From: Cycas panzhihuaensis
Lineage: Eukaryota; Plantae; Cycadophyta
Assembly: GCA_023213395.1 (NCBI GenBank)
Contig: CM041465.1
Span: 224,075,741 to 224,139,740, forward strand
Direction of reading: 5' to 3'
Length of the DNA: 64,000 bases
Below are positions 61,841 to 64,000 of this stretch, piece after piece. The first letter of the stretch is position 1. Each line of letters starts with the position of its first letter. Below the pieces are notes generated by a model. The model had not been told where the DNA came from. It saw only the letters and a program-made list of their open reading frames with translations, and did not search any database. The translations under genes and the position numbers were made by a program.

Positions 61841-62306
61841 AGGTGAGGACCATTAGCTGTGTCATTTTCTTTAGGTGACTTTATAGAGTTTGTTTACAGA
61901 ATACAAAGGGGTGAGGAGCAAGTTAATCGTGTAACATCATAATCTAGATATGTTTTGATATTTAGGGTTATAAGATAAATATACTAATGTTTGTTAGGCC
62001 TTTGCTTTATCTCCTAAGTACTAAAGTTATCCATGTCACTATCATAGGCCCCATATTCTAGTGAAGTCCACTAACAAGAAAGGATATAATCTATCTTTCT
62101 AATACTATAGCAGGATGCCCTAACTACCTATTCACATCAACTAATGATTGATATACAAAGCAAAATACCAAATCATTAAAGAACACTAAAGTTGGTTGTA
62201 ATAATTACACCTATTTGTAGGGATATTTTCCAATGCTTGTAATTAATCAATGCATTCATATTAAAATAATTATTAAAGGGATATGATAAGAAAAAAAAGG
62301 TAGGTA

Positions 62307-62312
<6 letters not shown>

Positions 62313-62341
<29 letters not shown>
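62313..62341. repeat. (AG)n microsatellite
   Basis: Seen directly. Confidence 0.9.
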
Positions 62342-62345
<4 letters not shown>

Positions 62346-64000
62346 AGGGGGGGAGGGAGAGAGAAGGTTGAATTAAGGGGTCTTTTAGGCTACTATTTTT
62401 TGGAATTTAGTGGTCTTTTAGAAGGGTGACTAAATGTTTTATAGAGGCTTTATTTTCTTATCATGTTTTTAAACTTTTGATCCTCCTTTTTTTCTTCCAA
62501 CTTCTTCTTATTGTTTACTAAGTTCTAAGGATGGTTTCTAAGCTTAGCCAATATCATTTTAGTTCTAGCATTCTTCTCTTATTATAATTTTCTCTTGTTA
62601 GTAGATTATTACATGTATGAATCATCAAGGGTTATTATCTAATTCTCATTTGGAGTACTACATGGGCCTAAAATAAAATTTTAGTTGTAAGACTTATATC
62701 TCTTAACAGTATTAAACACTAATGTTAAATCTCTCTAGTTAAGTTATTATTTATTATCAAGGTTATTAATGCTTGATAGATTTTTATTCACTTGATCTAT
62801 TATGTGTTCAAACTTTGTTGTGGTTAGGAAATCATGATTATAAGTTATAAGATTGGCTAAGTTGTACTGGTATATTTGGTTTATGGGATGTGTAGAGGTA
62901 ATTTAGATGAATCAGTCATGTTATACTAGTAGCATTCATTAGATTATATCTCATAATAACTCTAAAGACCTATGATAATTATCATCTGCCACTTTCTTTT
63001 TAGCTTTTCCATTATGTTCACAATTTTGTCTTCCTCTCCTTTTTATGTTTTATTACATCTTTAACTTTCCCTTTTATCTTTAATTTGCATTATAAAAATA
63101 CTCCTTAAAAACTTTGTTAATGGTTATTATTTTTTGATATGTATATCACGTATATTATGTATCATAGAAGCCAATATAAGTGTGTTATTCAGTTGGGTAT
63201 TTTATAGTTGTCTCTCTATTATATGTGATGTCAATTAAGGTAGGTTACTTAGGAAACCTTAAGCAAAAGGGGAAAATGGTCTTCACAAAAGGGGGACTAA
63301 GGTAACAAGTCTTAATGGATCCTCAACTCCCTTCCAAAAGGAAGAGGGATGTCTTCCTAAATGTGTGTTAAGCAGGAAATGCAACCAACTACTATTGATG
63401 TGCTAAGTCAATTAATATAAAAGAGTAAAGAGAAAGTTGAAGAAGAAAAAGTAAATAATCACTAAGACTTTTCCCCTAAGGGATTAAGAACAAGCAAAGA
63501 CTCCTAATGAGGGGGATGGTCATTAGGTCCTTACCCTAAAAAGGACATCTTGAGATTCCTATCCACTAATCCCAAGCCCTCTTAAGGTGAAAGATCTATC
63601 CAAGACCTTTATCCCACCCTGATAGAAAAATCTATGTTGTACTAACTAAGGAATAGGAGGACTAATAAGTGTGAGGATTCACAAAATCTTAGACCCTAGA
63701 TTAAGACTCCCTCACTTAATGATAATCCTCTAAGAAAAGTGAATGGCTCATGGATACCTACATCTAATTCTAGTGAGTTATGCATAGTTAGAGGTGAATA
63801 AAAGAGAGAGAGAGAAGTGACTCTCAACCCAAAGTATTATAAGAAATTGATATCTTTAGAGTTCAAAATACAAGAAGAAAAATAGTCTCAAAGGGGAAGA
63901 AGTATGCATGTGAGGGATATCACATCTTGGTTGATAAAAAATGTCCTCACAATAAGAAGTATTTACCCTTTAAGAAAGGATGATTTTGTACACTAAGGAT

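Noticed and set aside
63300-64000. Possible 5' part of another decayed LINE
   Set aside because: Truncated by the window edge and motif evidence is marginal.

Overview
This is eukaryotic land-plant nuclear DNA; the species cannot be determined from the sequence. It has one spliced host gene on the minus strand (coding exons 4980-3528, 3396-3313 and 3021-2906, about 550 aa). Its C-terminus matches the plant AT2G45250/AT4G38280-like (PTHR34555-type) family. The rest is mostly decayed transposable elements. Nest 1 (minus strand) is a pol-less chromodomain Gypsy (12905-29366, TSD TTCTT). A Copia sits in its 5' LTR (16116-29316, TSD TAAAT), and a near full-length RNase H-bearing L1 LINE sits in the Copia gag (20612-26983, 15-bp TSD). 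Nest 2 (plus strand) is a full chromoviral Gypsy (47372-60302) with a second Copia in its 5' LTR (47613-53879). Between the nests are two giant compound (TA)n arrays of about 5.0 and 3.3 kb; the first contains short templated copies of its own flank. Near the end is a decayed, apparently intronless, in-frame fusion of an ataxin-2/CID3-4 tandem PAM2 segment with a poly(A)-binding-protein RRM1 segment, i.e. pieces of two genes whose proteins bind each other. The elements show strong CHG/CHH-type C>T decay. All family assignments come from motif recognition by eye, with no database search.
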